Part shown: piece by piece, positions 1 through 14,419 of the stretch
Position numbering within the stretch: position 1 is the stretch's first letter
How the letters are laid out: every line of letters starts with the position of its first letter
Assembly (NCBI GenBank): GCA_964276515.1
Contig: OZ193910.1
Coordinates: forward strand, 2,232,001 to 2,296,000
Direction: 5' to 3'
Origin: Gordius albopunctatus
Lineage: Eukaryota
Length of the DNA stretch: 64,000 bases
Position numbers and translations under genes: made by a program
Notes under the pieces: model-generated
What the model saw: the letters and a program-made list of their open reading frames with translations, nothing else
What the model was told of the DNA's origin: nothing
Databases searched by the model: none

Positions 1-891
1 TTTTACTAATTCGATCCGCAAAAAATTAATCGCAAGATTTTGAGGTTTTTTACTAGCATTATTTCGACAGAGAATCTTTTCAGGGACGAAATTCACCAAA
101 AGTCAAGTAGATAGTGCCCATACTTTCAAAAATATGAGAAATGTAGTAGTCGCATATTTCGAGTAAGACCTCTCTCAAAATCTTCACTGAATCGTGAACA
201 ATCTTCTAAACAATTCGAAGGTTCCGGCCCGGTCAGATGAATCATATTTGCGGAAAATTGTTTAGCCGATTACTTCATTATCCGATGTATAATAGCAACA
301 AAACAACCTAGAGGGGTTGCGCGAAGCAATTTTTTTACTAATATCCGTCGGGCACGAAGACAATAATGGAATTTGGGGTGGGGCGAGGTGGAAAAAGTAG
401 AGCCAAGCCAGCGGCCACGAGCTAGCCTATATGCGAAGGCTGAACGAAAGTCTTTCACAGGCGCACACAAGTCCGCAGCCATTCACAGCCTGCATAAGTT
501 TCGACGGCAATTATAATTGGAAAATTACAGTTTGTAGAGGAGGGAGAGGCAGGCAGGAGAACCAAAAGTGAGCCCATAAATTGGATGTATAGCAATTAAA
601 AGTCGATAAAAGGCGCCCGGGCGTGATTTTGGTCCCTTGAACCTGCACAACTTTAAAAGGATTGGCCCGAAACGGCTAAAATTTTTAGAAATTGCTATGA
701 TACATTAGGCCTTCACCCTCAACAAAAAGTTTCCAAATGTGAGATGGTCGATCGAAAACGTTTCGATTTGTAATGGAATGGCTCAATAAGTGCAAAAAAT
801 AAGATTTAAGTTCACTTTAAATTTAGCAATAAAAACTATAAATATTTATTTTAATAACAAAATTAATTTTCCATTTAATCATAGGTATATA

Positions 892-1223
892 CAGTCAAAA
901 CCGTTTAATTGCAAAGTCTTGGCCCTGATTTTTTTCGCGATTAACCGATATTTCGCGATTAAACGATGGAAATAAAAGTATATGTACATTATATTAAATA
1001 TTCCATTCTTACGCTTCGCAATAAAACGATATTTTATATAATTATCTGGTTGATTTAAGGACTCGAAAATGTTTGTGAATATCCGATATTGTATTATTAA
1101 GCGATTTGTCAATAAACGATGTTTTTGTTAATATTATCGTTTGCAAAAAAACAAAATGGCGGTAAACTTCGCGATTAAAAGATTTTCGTGATAATCCGAT
1201 TTGCGATTAAGAAGTTTCGACTG
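892..1223. mobile_element. pogo/Tc1-mariner-type MITE
   Basis: Imperfect TIRs CAGTCAAAACCGTTTAATTGCAA / CAGTCGAAACTTCTTAATCGCAA (reverse complement). TA on both flanks (890-891, 1224-1225). Internal repeated TCGCGATTAA motifs; no ORF. Confidence 0.8.
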
Positions 1224-1285
1224 TAGATGAAATAGTGTGCTAAAAAGTACAAAGTTTATGATGACATAGTACAGTTTGTCTCACC

Positions 1286-1417
1286 TAGTGTTGTGAAAAG
1301 GGCCGAGCTTTCTTCGGTTTTTGGACTAAGTTTAGAGAGGTCGACTGAGAAAAAGTGACCAAAAGCCTTTGGTCTCGTTAAGTCGACTAAACCCCAAGCT
1401 ACCCTTTTAAAACACTA
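1286..1417. mobile_element. Small hAT-like MITE (TAGTGTTGT family)
   Basis: Ends are TAGTGTTGTGAAAAGGG and CCCTTTTAAAACACTA. Flanks gtctcacc / ctctcatc match at 6/8 (possible TSD). Related copies at 28108-28235 and 44971-45159. Confidence 0.6.
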
Positions 1418-2127
1418 CTCTCATCTCTACGTGACTTCTTCTAATTAACACTAAAACTAAATGTACCTATACTACTACGTCTACACTTTCTACACACCGG
1501 GTGCTGGGGCCGAGCTTTCTTCGGTTTTTGGACTAAGTTTAGAGAGGTCGACTGAGAAAAAGTGACCAAAAGCCTTTGGTCTCGTTAAGTCGACTAAACC
1601 CCAAGCTACCCTTTTAAAACACTACTCTCATCTCTACGTGACTTCTTCTAATTAACACTAAAACTAAATGTACCTATACTACTACGTCTACACTTTCTAC
1701 ACACCGGGTGCTGGGGCCGAGCTTTCTTCGGTTTTTGGACTAAGTTTAGAGAGGTCGACTGAGAAAAAGTGACCAAAAGCCTTTGGTCTCGTTAAGTCGA
1801 CTAAACCCCAAGCTACCCTTTTAAAACACTACTCTCATCTCTACGTGACTTCTTCTAATTAACACTAAAACTAAATGTACCTATACTACTACGTCTACAC
1901 TTTCTACACACCGGGTGCTGGGGCCGAGCTTTCTTCGGTTTTTGGACTAAGTTTAGAGAGGTCGACTGAGAAAAAGTGACCAAAAGCCTTTGGTCTCGTT
2001 AAGTCGACTAAACCCCAAGCTACCCTTTTAAAACACTACTCTCATCTCTACGTGACTTCTTCTAATTAACACTAAAACTAAATGTACCTATACTACTACG
2101 TCTACACTTTCTACACACCGGGTGCTG
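1300..2127. repeat. Perfect tandem array, 4 x 207 bp
   Basis: Units start with GGGCCGAGCTTTC at 1300, 1507, 1714 and 1921 and appear identical by eye. Confidence 0.95.
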
Positions 2128-4698
2128 CGAGGGGATGGGAAATTGGGAAAAAGAGCTCGGTAGTACACGTGGATTAAAAAGAGGCTAATTAATTGCCTAA
2201 AAAAACTAGAATAGATGTCGTCTATGGAATCCCACTTAAACTTGTGAAAGGATCGGTAAAAAGTTTTAATTCATTCCAAAATTGGAGACTCCAAACCAGA
2301 CCCGGGCTTTTGAGAAATTTAAAAAACCTGGGCCGGCCTCTGAATAATTCATAGATAAATCCAAACGGGAATAAACATTTTCGATACTAAATATTTGAAG
2401 CTGTTAAGAAAGGCTGTAGTCAAACAAAACTATATAAAATTCCCCAATTTACGGGCAAGAAAATTCCCGCAATCTCACACGTAAAATTTTGTAGTAAAAA
2501 AGGTTATGGAGAAAAATCAATGTTTATGCACTGCAGGCAGATAGCCCTTTTCAAATTTTAAACTGCCGGCCGAGTTGAGCCTAGACTCAATTGAAAGAAC
2601 CTGGGTCGAGCCTTATTTTGGGCTCGCCGATTTTAAGCCATTTTTTTGGTTTAAGGATTATTCTACGTGCGTAATGTTACGTAGTAATAGTGTGGAAAAT
2701 TTTGAAACGAACCCCAAAGTATTAGTAAATTAGAGGGGCTTTATGGCGGTTACGTGGGCTATTATTACCCCGTAATCAGGGGGTTTGATTAGCTCATTTG
2801 CCTGCCCCCCCCTCTTCTGATTCAACTAACTAACTCCATCTCGCGCTCCATGGGCTAATTACGTCATGAATAAATTTCAGGATTCAAGCATAAATTAATT
2901 GTGTGATTGATATTTTGTGTAAGGGTAAGTAAAAAAAAAAGCTTTAAAATTAATCAATAAATTAAACCCAATTAGGTCTATTTTTTTACTAATTTTATAG
3001 CGCGGTGACAATTTAGACGACACGCTTTTAAGATGGATTCCACTTAATCATTCTGCAAAGTTTTTTTTACCGTTTTTTTGCACAGTTTAAAACTTGTTTC
3101 AAGAATAATTTGTTTCTTCACACATATAGTAGACACATATACAAAATTAATTTTGAAATGATTCTATTTACAGGACAAGACAGAGGAAAGTATAAAGAGC
3201 AAATTGGAAAAAAGAATAGATCAGATAGAGGAGCTGTAATTTTAAGGAGATTCTAGGAAACTATTACCTACTATTACAAACATACTAATAAAAAAGACAC
3301 ACGCGATCGTCGTACATATGCGTGGTGAGCAATGTAAACAAACGCGCAATATAATAGAGTGGAGAAAGGCTAGAGGAAGGGAAATTTTAACTGGTGCGCA
3401 GTCGAAATGCTTGCAACTATGGGGTCCATATGACCCCAACGACAAACCTCAATTGTAAAACCCAATGATCATAACTTCCAACTTTATTAATAAAGAGATT
3501 TTCAAAAAAAATCAAATAAAAAGTAGGTAAAATAGTTTATAGTAAGAAGTGGGCAGGAAGTCTGAAGTGGCGCGAACATAACTTTAACTGCCACAACAAA
3601 GGGTCCCCATTGTCCAAAACAGCCCACTTAAAATAAAATCATAAGGGAAGTATGTGAATGAATGAATGTGGTGTGTCCAGTAGTTTTGTAAAAAATGATG
3701 GTTAGCCTTATTCGAAATGTAAAAAGGCGACCCAAGCCAAAGGTCGGGCAAACATACTCACTCAGCCATTTTTACGGGGCGAGTGTCTAGCATTCATTAC
3801 TTTAAAAGGATAGGAGATGTGACATTGTTGGTAATAAATTTTGCGTAGAAAAACCATTAGGCATCATTGCGATAAAATTAACTTTGGTCATCTGTCGTCT
3901 GCGTAGTTTCAATGATTAAAAATTAGTGGCAGCACATATTTGATTCGGCTTCGAGAGCAAAAATATAAATGTGTCAAGTCCCGAGATGGCTTAAGGTAAA
4001 ATCCGCTCGTAACTTGAGCTAGCCTAAAATTCTAGTTGCATTTTCGATCAATATCCATTCAACACCTTACTAGAAGGAAGAGAGGGGTGGAGGGCAAAAT
4101 AAAAACTTTTTCAAAATTTAGCAATAATTTTAATAAATTGCAGGCAAGTTTTGGATTTAGCGGTTTGGCTAAGGCCATAGGGGGGGGGGGTGAGAGTATG
4201 ATTAAAATTACGTTTTTCCTCGAGACTACCTTATAGTGCTAGGATGTCGTCACCGAATGTCAACTATGCCCAATAGCAACACTGCGACAAGCCACCCGGA
4301 CTGGCTTGCACGGTGCACCCAAGAAAAATCTCTCGACCGGCATTAATTAGGCAGAGAGCGAGCGAGAGAGCGAGGTATGTCATCATACACGACGAACAGG
4401 TGTGTAATAATAAATATAATTTAACATTACAGGTTGGGTGGGCGATGGTGATAGATACGTATTACATATTATAATAATATTATACACATTTAAAAGGGTC
4501 CCCCCTTCTAAATTTAGCGTAGTGGTGTTATTGCTTGCTACTCACAACTATACGACCACAACGCAAAAACCCTTTGGGGGGCAGAGTAGGATTGCTCATG
4601 AAATAACTCACTCACGCATGCATTAGCGATAATAGCATAGCATCTAGTCGTTTTTACTGCTCACATCCCTGTTTTACAGCGTGTTGGGCTGGCTGGGA

Positions 4699-5782
4699 CA
4701 GAGACCAGGCTGCCCGGCCCGGCCCGCTGCCCCAACATGGCCGGGCCGGGCAACTGAAATTTTTATTTTCGAGCGGGCACGATGATAGGATTCGGGCGAT
4801 TCGGGTTTAATAAAATTTTTTAGATAATCCATTATTTTGTCGCCCCTTAACTTTGGTGGTACACAAAAATGGGGAAAGAGTTGAGAAACTTGATTTCGCC
4901 ATCTGTCCCCAAGTTATTTCTCTAATTTTTGCCCGCACCACTCTATTTCCATTCAATCCCTATTCCTAGCTGCTCTACGTTCCTGGGAATCATCGAAATA
5001 TTTATATTTGTGTAGCCCTTTCATCGTTCCTAATCCACGTGTGCCGTCTATACTAAATACAAAACGTCATGCAAGTGTTAGCATTTAGACTCTATCGATA
5101 ACTTATTGTTTTTTTATCAAAAAAGTAGGTTCTAAGAGCGGAGATTGACTTTGAGAAGTTTATTCTTGTGGTAGGGGCTTAAACGGGTTAAACCTAAAGG
5201 GGAGTACATAATTTTGTTTATTTTAAGAGTATCTATAAAATATATTATATACTTTAAACTTAATTAAAAAATTGCCATGTAAATATTTTCAAGGATATGT
5301 TGTATGATTTGTAAACGTTCCAACATGTTTGTACCTAAAAAATGCCTTAGCAATTAATATATATATTAAAATATTGTGACGTAGAGCGATATTTCAAAGA
5401 AACTCTGGCCAAATTTTTTAGAAAGACCAAACACTACGTTTTTATGACCCATTAGGATTAAAACTAAAGATCAAGAGTTTTATTTGGAAATATCATTCGA
5501 CTTGTAAATACTAATATATAAGAAATTAGATTTTGCCCGGGATGATAAATTATTGTTATATATATTTGTTTTATTCGATATGATGCCATTAATTTAATGC
5601 TTATTCTTTAATAGTGGTTGAAGGAATTCGAGATCGCAAAATGTCGGGTCGGGCATTTAGGGCAGCTCTGATGTTTCGGGCGGCCCCGGGCGGAAGCCTA
5701 GAAGGGTTCGGGCGGGCAATGAGGTCAAAAAATTGAACCGTAGCGGGTTCGGGCATAAAATTCCCAACAAATCTCACCTCTG
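4699..5782. mobile_element. hAT-type MITE (CAGAG family) with an expanded interior
   Basis: Ends are CAGAGACCAG and CAAATCTCACCTCTG, with GCCCG-rich subtermini. It is the inverted relative of 14420-14874. The TSD is not clean. Confidence 0.55.
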
Positions 5783-7205
5783 GGAGGTAAGGAAACTATC
5801 ATTGATTTCGCACTCATCTAGCACAGATAGGCTAGAGTCGTAAAAAGGGCTCGGTGCCGGCCTTTGGTTTTAGTCGATTAAACGTGAACGAACCAGAAGT
5901 TTTTTGCTTTTCTTCTCTTCGCAAAAGCAAGCGTGAAGTCGCTGATGATACACATCCCCGATTATTTCATCAATTAATTTGCAAGCTAGTTTTGAGCCAA
6001 GCTCACTAGCGAAAATTCCCACTCCCTTCTGCTGTCGTATGCGAAATAATTTTATCAAAAAAAGTTTAAAAATTTGATGAAGCGATAATAAATTTGTTTT
6101 ACTTCGGGCACCCCCCAATCGTTTAAACCAATTTACAAAATTTACCCTTATCGCGTTAGCCCGTAAAAAGTATAAAAAATTACATTTAAAAATCTGGAAT
6201 TAAAACGACACAGCGACCTTAACTAGAATCCATTTACGACACTAGGCACCGGAATCGAGTTTTGAAGCTTTGGAGGAGTTAAAAAGTTAGTAATTTCAAA
6301 ATGGCCACCAAATTGATTGATTTTTTAGTTCGATAATGTGCAGGAAACAGGTATAACATGGTTTTCAGTTATTTTTAAAATTTAAGGCAATATAAAAAAA
6401 CAACAACTAATTCTTACATTTCAAAATTTATCCAATATTCTTATCTTATTCGTATCCTTTAAAAAGCATGCATATACATTACAATCGAGTTTACAACTAT
6501 TTTGATATATCATTATATTATATCATTATTATACGACGTATACATACATAATAGGTCAGAGGCGATGTGAAAAATTGCTATAAAGCACGTACTAGGTTAG
6601 TTATAGGGAATAGGGGACTACTTAGGTCACTACCAAAGGCAAAAAGTGTAAATTTTTTAGTAAAAAAAATTTGTAAAAATTGCATGAAATTTAGGAAAAT
6701 TAAATAACGAGAGTTTTTTTCGGAATTAAAATTTAACCGGGATTTAAGGGTAAAAATTTAACTAGGAAGACGTATAAAAAATCGATAGAGCGTTAATTAA
6801 CTCAATGAGGGCCAATGTAAAGCCAATTTGCTGTAAATTTTTTTTGATAATTTAAGGGCAAAAATTTGCAACTTAATATATTTATGTGCGGTTTTAGAAT
6901 AAACGTCTAATTTGGAAAATCAAGTTATTTTGCAAAATATTTGATTTGTTGCATAAATCTATGTTTATATGCTTGAATTTCTGGGGGTGGGTGGATTAGA
7001 TATTAAGGAGGTTCTATTATAGGGGGTGCTATAGAAAGCAGCTACAAACACCTTGCATTTATGAGCTGGCGGGTGCTGAGCATGAATGGCCTATTTAATA
7101 TAGCATTATTCCATGGTTTTTAATTAAAAAAGGTATAAGTTATGAGAATTTGCATGATGCTTTGCCACATTATAATAATAATTTCTTAAACATTTTAAAA
7201 CTGAA

Positions 7206-7434
7206 TACCCGTCAAAGTAGCAGAATGATGAAAAAGTAGCAGAAAATATATTTTTAGATAATCAAGATATTAGAATTAAATCTCAAATGGGGGGAGGGAA
7301 TTTCTGACCCTAACCAAGTACTGCATAATTATAGGTTAAAACTTAAATTCTATGCAAAGTCCTGACCAATCTTGATGAATTCTGACGATATCTGACCAAT
7401 TTGGCTGCTATTTTTCTGCTACTTTGACTCGGTG
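7206..7434. mobile_element. Inverted-repeat MITE-like element
   Basis: GTCAAAGTAGCAGA at 7211 has its reverse complement TCTGCTACTTTGAC at about 7415-7428. Weaker inverted similarity extends into both flanks. Confidence 0.5.
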
Positions 7435-8404
7435 CCCATTTTTTAAGATGTATGAGTAGTAATATTTTAAAAATTAATAAAAATTCAAATTATCTCAATG
7501 GTTAATATTAACTGGGTAACATATATAAAGGTGAAATATTCTTAAAAAATATATAATTATTATGAAATGAAATTAATCTGCACATAAAAGGGATGCCATT
7601 TAATTTTTGTGTAATTTAAAATATATTAAATGCATAAGGATGAGTTCTAAAATACAAAATTTATAATATGTAAGTTATTATTATTAAAATTACATTTTAA
7701 TTAGTTTTGATCATATGAAATATTGTTAATATTTTTTAATAAAATTAAAAACTAACTAAACAAAATTGCTAAAATAAATACTAAAATAACAATATTAAAT
7801 TAAAAATGGTAATTTAATCATACTTTAATAAAATGATATGGAATTTCACGCACAAACATTTTACCGTTGATATTTTAGCGAATGCACATGAACAGGTGAG
7901 ATAAGCAAATTTTATTACAACTAGGAAAACATACTAGCCCATAAATTGCATAGCACTTAAGGATATACAAAAATAGCCATTTAAATATTAATAATAAAAA
8001 ATTTATAATTCTTTATACTAATGAAGATTATTGAGTTTTTGTAGAAAATTTGCAATGTTTGTGTAATGGAATCCTTAAATTTAGGGTTGAAATCAATCAA
8101 CAATTTCTAATAAAGGGCAGAATAAAATTTAACAGATCATATTTTTGCCAAATACTAAATAAATTTTAAGAATTATTAAAGAATATTGTAGACGTTATCA
8201 GTAAATAACATGACAAGGGAGTTGCATTAAAATTAGAAAAATAATTCAGCATTAATACAGAATAATTACCAAACATTAGAGAATATTTATTCTTAATATT
8301 CTAGAGTGTAAAGTAGTCATACATAGTATTTTTTAGTAATATTATGTTCCTAGATATGACTCATCAATAAATATGTTTAAACGGGAGTAAATAGTCTTTA
8401 TCCC

Positions 8405-10585
8405 AAACTCATGTGGTTTGTTTTAATGAGTTTCTTCCATCTTGATTAGGTAAGAGCCATGTTTTAATTAATCTTCTACGTTTTCTCAAATTTGCCGACT
8501 GCCCATGTGACACGAAGTCGTCCTCTTTTTCTCTTCCCTATTTCATTACTTTCAAATTACATCATTTGTTTACGTTCTTAATATATGCCCTACCACCTTA
8601 TCCGATTTGTGCTAATCATGTTCGCAAGGGTAGAACACAAAGCTGTTCCAAACTAAGAGACACGTTTTTTCAATAATAACCGCTTTATATCGATAACTGC
8701 GAGTAATATATACAGATGAAAAAATTTCATAGATTTAATATAACTAACTTGAATACGGTGTATTTTTAAGTGTTACAAATAGAAGCGTATATTCAAATAA
8801 CTAAATAACTGTAACTACATTCGCCATAGTTTGAATACCCATATTCTTTATGAGAAAGTCCTTCATCATATGGTCGAGCTTAGTTTACCTACAACTCCAC
8901 CATATCATTCTCATCTCCTTGGCTTGTAATACCTTTTCTTCCGTGTTGTTAAATTTCCATAGATTACCATAGATTTGTAAACAATCTTCAACCATATTGG
9001 TATTATTGCACATTGCACCCGATATAATTAGCCATTTAAGCCATCCTATTTATATATGGGCATTAACTTCTTTTGCGCAACCTACCTCTTAATTTAACAT
9101 CGAGACGAGGCATATCTTATCTAGCGACGGGATGCCTGTAACGTGCATATCCATGTATAACGCTTTTCGAACGTTGAAATTTAAACCATATCTAGCTAAG
9201 CGCTTTGAGCATTTTTCAGCTTCTTCGAATACTTCCTCTGTCTCTTCGCATAGAACTAGATCGTCGTCATATAACATAACCATGGTGATGGCTTTCGATT
9301 GTCACTCGTCCTCGTGTCCATAAATATGTTGAATAAAAGGACTTAGAGCAGATGCTTGATATAATTTAATTTCAACTCTCAAAGTTTTAAAGTCTTCAAC
9401 TTTCGTCCTAACGCATGAATTGGAGGCTTCACTTCATATATATTTTTAATATTCGTATTCATGCATCAGAGATATTTTGTTTTCTCGAGGACCACCATTT
9501 TAAAACGGGAGGGTCCATGCCGTGTCATAAGCTTTCTCTAAATCATATGTAGGCCTCTTATCTTTTCCTTATATTTATCCATTATTGGTCTCAGTGTGAA
9601 TTTTGGAGCTGCCGGCCATAAATCCGAATTAGCCTATATTTTCGCCTTGTTTTTCAGCCTTGTTACTAAGATTTTTTCCATAAGCCTCAAGGAGTGGCAA
9701 GTTAGCTTGATACCTTCGTAATTGCCCTCTCCTAAAGATGTCCTTGGCCTTTGAATAAGGGTATAATCGTGCGTGCTCTTCATTGATTAGGAATTCACTC
9801 TTCTACCAATATCTTGTTAAAGAGATTTCTCATTGTGGTGAGGAATCCGAGCAATGTCTATATAGGTTTTCTATCTAAGCCATTAGCTTTTCCTTTCTGC
9901 ATACAGTTATTTTGTGTCCTAAATTCATCCGTCTGAAAGAATTTGACCATACTTATGTTTGGCCCAATATCGGGAAGAAAATCTCTGTAATTTTCAATAT
10001 TCATAAATTACCTAAAATATCCTTTCCGTCGACCCTTCTTGTTTTTGGCTATTTTGAGGACTCCGAATCGCGACTTTTCTTCTCTCTTATCTTGGCCAAT
10101 TTGTAAATAAGCATGTCGCCCCCTTTATGTTCCAATTTATTTTCCATCTCGGTGTACCCGGAAATTTTTGCTATTGCAATGGCATTTTTCACCTCTCTTT
10201 TTGCCTTACTTTACTCTTGATTTTTCCGAATTTTTTGATTTATGCCACCGTCTACATAGATTTTTCTTTCTTTCAAATAACTCCTTTGGTCTGTTTTATA
10301 ATCTGAACTGCTTTTTCCTTTATGTCCTTATTTAGCGTCTCCCAATCGTCGTCTATGTTCCTTTGCAGCTTTCTTGTACCCATAAGTAAGAAGGCTTTCT
10401 AATGATATATATAGTTTGTCAACGGATCCTTTAGCGTTCCGTATCGAATGAGTTTCATAACCCCTTCTTCTTTTAATTAATACTTTTCTTTCAAGATCCA
10501 TCACAAGCGGACGATGTTGCCTGGCCATTTATTTACCCTGTATTAATTTGAAATCCTTAAATAGATAATTTGACTAAAATTTATA
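8405..10585 (-). mobile_element. Old, degenerate RTE-clade LINE (copy A, 5'-truncated)
   Basis: Fragmentary translations (ARQHRPLVMDLERK, MLYDDDLVLCEET) are colinear with the copies at 16834-19897 and 60353-63055. Many stops and indels; interrupted at about 8636-8830. Confidence 0.9.
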
Positions 10586-11543
10586 TATCAATTGACATTA
10601 TTAGGTACCTTTGATAAATAAATTAAATTTTTGTATTCCTAACCCCAGACGAATGGAATTTGCATTTTAGGACACAATATGATATATAAAAATAGGAAAA
10701 AAGGTGTTCCTATCCTATAACCTTGTCAGTGATTCTTTGTTAAAATGGGTTGACCTAAATATACGTGTACTACTGTGCTATCAACCCGGTTAACTTTTAA
10801 ATTACAATTTTTCTTGCTGAACCCAACTCGACCAAAAATAATTAACCTAATATCTGACTGATCGGTGTCAAATTTTTGATGTTTTATTTTAGCTTGGCCT
10901 AATCCGAAAAATTCAAACCCAGGCTTAATGAATATGTACCATTACAAATAACTGTTTTGCAAAGCAACTATTATAAAAAGATGTTATTGCGTTCCAACTA
11001 AACACTAAATCAATTAGCAACTCAAAATATATATAGAATTTAACCCACAATGTAGGTTTAAGGTCATCCGTTCATCGACTTTAATAAACTTAAATATAAA
11101 ATGGAGCTTAGCAGATAACACTATAATTCCATAGAGATATAATTGTTTATTTTACCTTGATACATGACAAAAATAATAATGGGAATATTTTAAACGCGTA
11201 TAAACTGCTACAACTTTCTAGAAACATAATAAAAATACCCTATTAGGAAATCTTCTTGTCGGATATGGCACCGAAATTAACAAATCTATAATTAAAGTTT
11301 ATGAAAGAAATGCTAAATATGAACAATTTTCTAATATTAAAAGTCACAAATTACTCATATGGAGGTAGAATATGATAAAGACATTTTTTTATAGTTAAGT
11401 AGGTACGCCTCATAGCAATCCCAGCACCCAATATTATAATAGACACATATTAACTAATTTATGCAGCCATCATTTGGCGACACATACAGTCACATATAGA
11501 AAGGATCAATATTTGAATTTAATTAAACGAAAAAATAAATGGT

Positions 11544-12480
11544 AGGGGAGACCGGGGATAGTGGTAGCCCAGGGTTACTATTATCTTTCTAATTATTTTT
11601 TAAAATAATAATGATATATAATTAAAATTTAAACCATATGTGTATTTTTCCATAAGCTATAAGTAAAAAATTTTTTGTTTAGAAAAAATAAAATTAAAAA
11701 TTTTTATTGATAAAAAACAATTTTTTGGGACTATTAGTAGCCTAAACAAAAAATTTTATTTCGCACATAAATTTTTTGGCTGAATATTTTGGATGAATTT
11801 AACTTTTATCTTATAAAGGGAGATTTTTTATATAAAACCCGTCTAATGATTAAATTTTTATATGCAATATAACATCTTAAATTATTAATTGTTTATGAAA
11901 ATAGGGGTCGGGGCGAGTCGGAGAGGGGCTATTGCTAGCCATTTTTCATTGTGTTTTACAAATGACAAGATTTAAAAAAACAAAAAATTTTGTTTAGTAA
12001 TCTAATTTAGTGTTATTTGGAATAGAAATAGACTATGATTATACATTATAAAACGTCTAAAAGTTTTTTTGCATTGCTAAATCCGTCTTTTAAGTGTTCT
12101 TAAGTCAAATTGTCATCTTGACCCTTTTTTATTTGTTTTATATAAAATACAATCATATTAAATTTGCATTTTCTACATTTTTTATAATGAAACAATCTTT
12201 TTAGTGATTTGAGTTAGCATACACTAATAAGAAGTGAAAACGTCAGAGTTAATCTATGGGCTATGACTAGCCCCGGGCATTTTCGAAATTTTTTAGATTT
12301 TGGTTTTTTAAACTTAATCTGTGAGAAAACTATTAATTATTTCACTCCAAATTTTTTTCCTATAGTAAAAATAGACCTTATAAATATATTCCAAGAAAAA
12401 AATTGGAAAAATAATTTTTTAGTTTTTTTAGAACGCGATTTAATTTTTTATAAAGTTCATATTTCCGATTATATATTTAA
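11544..12480. mobile_element. Probable truncated DNA-transposon-derived element
   Basis: Starts TA|GGGGAGACCGGGG and carries recurring GGGGCTATnnnTAGCC motifs (about 11555, 11727, 11925, 12258). No right TIR was found. Confidence 0.35.
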
Positions 12481-12660
12481 GTGATCGATCATATAGTCAT
12501 TTAGATGTTATGACCATTTAGAGTGAAGCGGCAATAGCTAAGTAGGAAAGGAAATTGGCGAGAAACCTCGCGAGAGACAAACAAGAAGAATACCAAAGCT
12601 TAAGTGGAATCACAAAATAGATCACGATACGAAAATATATAATATAAATAATGATATATG

Positions 12661-12800
12661 CATGGGCGTAGCCAAGGGGTCTAAATCCAAAAATATGTTG
12701 AAATATATTAAAATTATGGCTAAAATTTCAAAAAATGTTGATTTTGAACCTCCCTAAATCATTATTGCCCCCTCTAATTCCACTGCTAGCTACGCCCATG
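12661..12800. mobile_element. hAT-type MITE (CATGGGCGTAGC family)
   Basis: TIRs CATGGGCGTAGC / GCTACGCCCATG; 8-bp TSD gatatatg / aatatatg. Confidence 0.85.
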
Positions 12801-12966
12801 AATATATGTAAATATAGGAACAAATGCAAGGGCCTGAGTGATAAACAAACATAGATACAATTTATAATTAAAAATTATTGGATATTTTCCACATTTTTTA
12901 TAACATGTTTTTATAAATCATTATAATTATGGTTTATTTATAAAGCGATCTCCAACGTCTCCTTAG

Positions 12967-14026
12967 ATTTGAAAAAGTCACAATGGAAATCGTTAGATCC
13001 AACACGATATCCATGCACACGGATCAATGCCATCCGTTTAGTTATAGCGCATTTTTATATTTTTTTAGTCGTGTATGTAATTTTTAGTATACCATTTAAT
13101 AAAGGATTAATATGGAAAAAAAATCTAGGTATGAAACAAGGTAAGATTAATTATTGATTAATCATCTCTAAACATTCGCGCAATATTGCATTACTTAATT
13201 AGGAAATTTGATGTAAGAATTGAACCCTTTACCAATCAACGATCACTTTGTAACATTTATAATAATTAAAAGACGCACATTTCATCTAAACCCTAATTAA
13301 ATTAAAATAATTAATCCGATGCTTTCTTGAAAATTAAAAACGGATTTCATAATACTTGCTTCAATAATCCCCTCCTACGGAGCATGAGATGTTGGACTGG
13401 AACTGGACTGTGGACAATTTAATCATCTAACCCAACCCTCAATGTGCAGTACAGATAGCAATAAATATGTTTAAGTTGTTGTTGTAACACTAACCGTTTT
13501 ATTGATTTTTTAACCAAAAAGATGAAACTATGCTTGGGTGTGCTAGAACAACATTGCCCATGGGTTGAATTTAAAGTAGGTGTGAAATGTTATATACCTA
13601 TCTGCCAATACTATTTTAACCTAACAGATCCTATCCCATTATTTCTGCCCTATTATATTGCTTCCTTATTAAATCATAAATGACTCATTTATTATAAATC
13701 AAGCGTTAATGGCGTTGTACAGAAAAAAAAGTTTCAAGTTCGGGAGTCGATTAAGCTTGCGTAAGTTCACTCTCTATCTTTATGACTTTGTTTTTCGTTG
13801 TATTTTTTTATTAAGAATTAATAAAATTTATGAGATGCTTGCTTTGATTTGTAAACTACTCTAGAAACGTATGGCTCTATGAATTCTATTGGAACTATAA
13901 GTTTTATAGACAATGACGACAGAGCGCTGGAATTTATAAGGAATGAAAAGGGGCAAAACATTGACTTAAACAGATGGTTGGGGAAAAACATGAAGCGGTT
14001 ACGATTAACCTTATTGCCACCAGAAA
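12967..14026 (+). CDS. Candidate exons of an uncharacterised spliced gene (partial)
   Basis: AG/GT-bounded segments 12967-13035, 13088-13140 and 13865-14026 join in compatible phases into FEKVTMEIVRSNTISMHTDQCHP-IPFNKGLIWKKNLGMKQ-ETYGSMNSIGTISFIDNDD. No domain recognised. Confidence 0.3.
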
Positions 14027-14419
14027 GTAAACAAAATTTTGTCCATTTTTATTTTAAAAAAGCCATTTTGATAAATATATTCAAGGTATTATATTTTCTT
14101 ACAATGTATCATAGGATAGAAGTTTAACTATATATAAGAGTATAACGCATTTTATATGCTTAGAAGACTAGGTTATTTCGATAAATTTGTACTTTTTGTA
14201 ATATTACATATGCCCTTATCTTGTTTGGAGTGGTGATTTAATAGGTTTAAGCTACTTTGCACTACGCAAGTTTTACCGTCAACCATATGATTATATCAAG
14301 AATAAAGTAACTTATGAAGCTTTTTTGCGAATGATATGTGATATTGCTTTTAAAATGGTTTGCCTACCTTTGAAAGCGTTTTTCACTTATATGTGTCGTT
14401 TTTAAAGATATGTATGAAC

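Noticed and set aside
1300..2127. CRISPR-like array
   Set aside because: The units are fully identical with no unique spacers, the context is eukaryotic, and there are no cas genes.
3174..3236. Isolated exon-like segment (DKTEESIKSKLEKRIDQIEE)
   Set aside because: No partner exons or recognisable homology could be supported.
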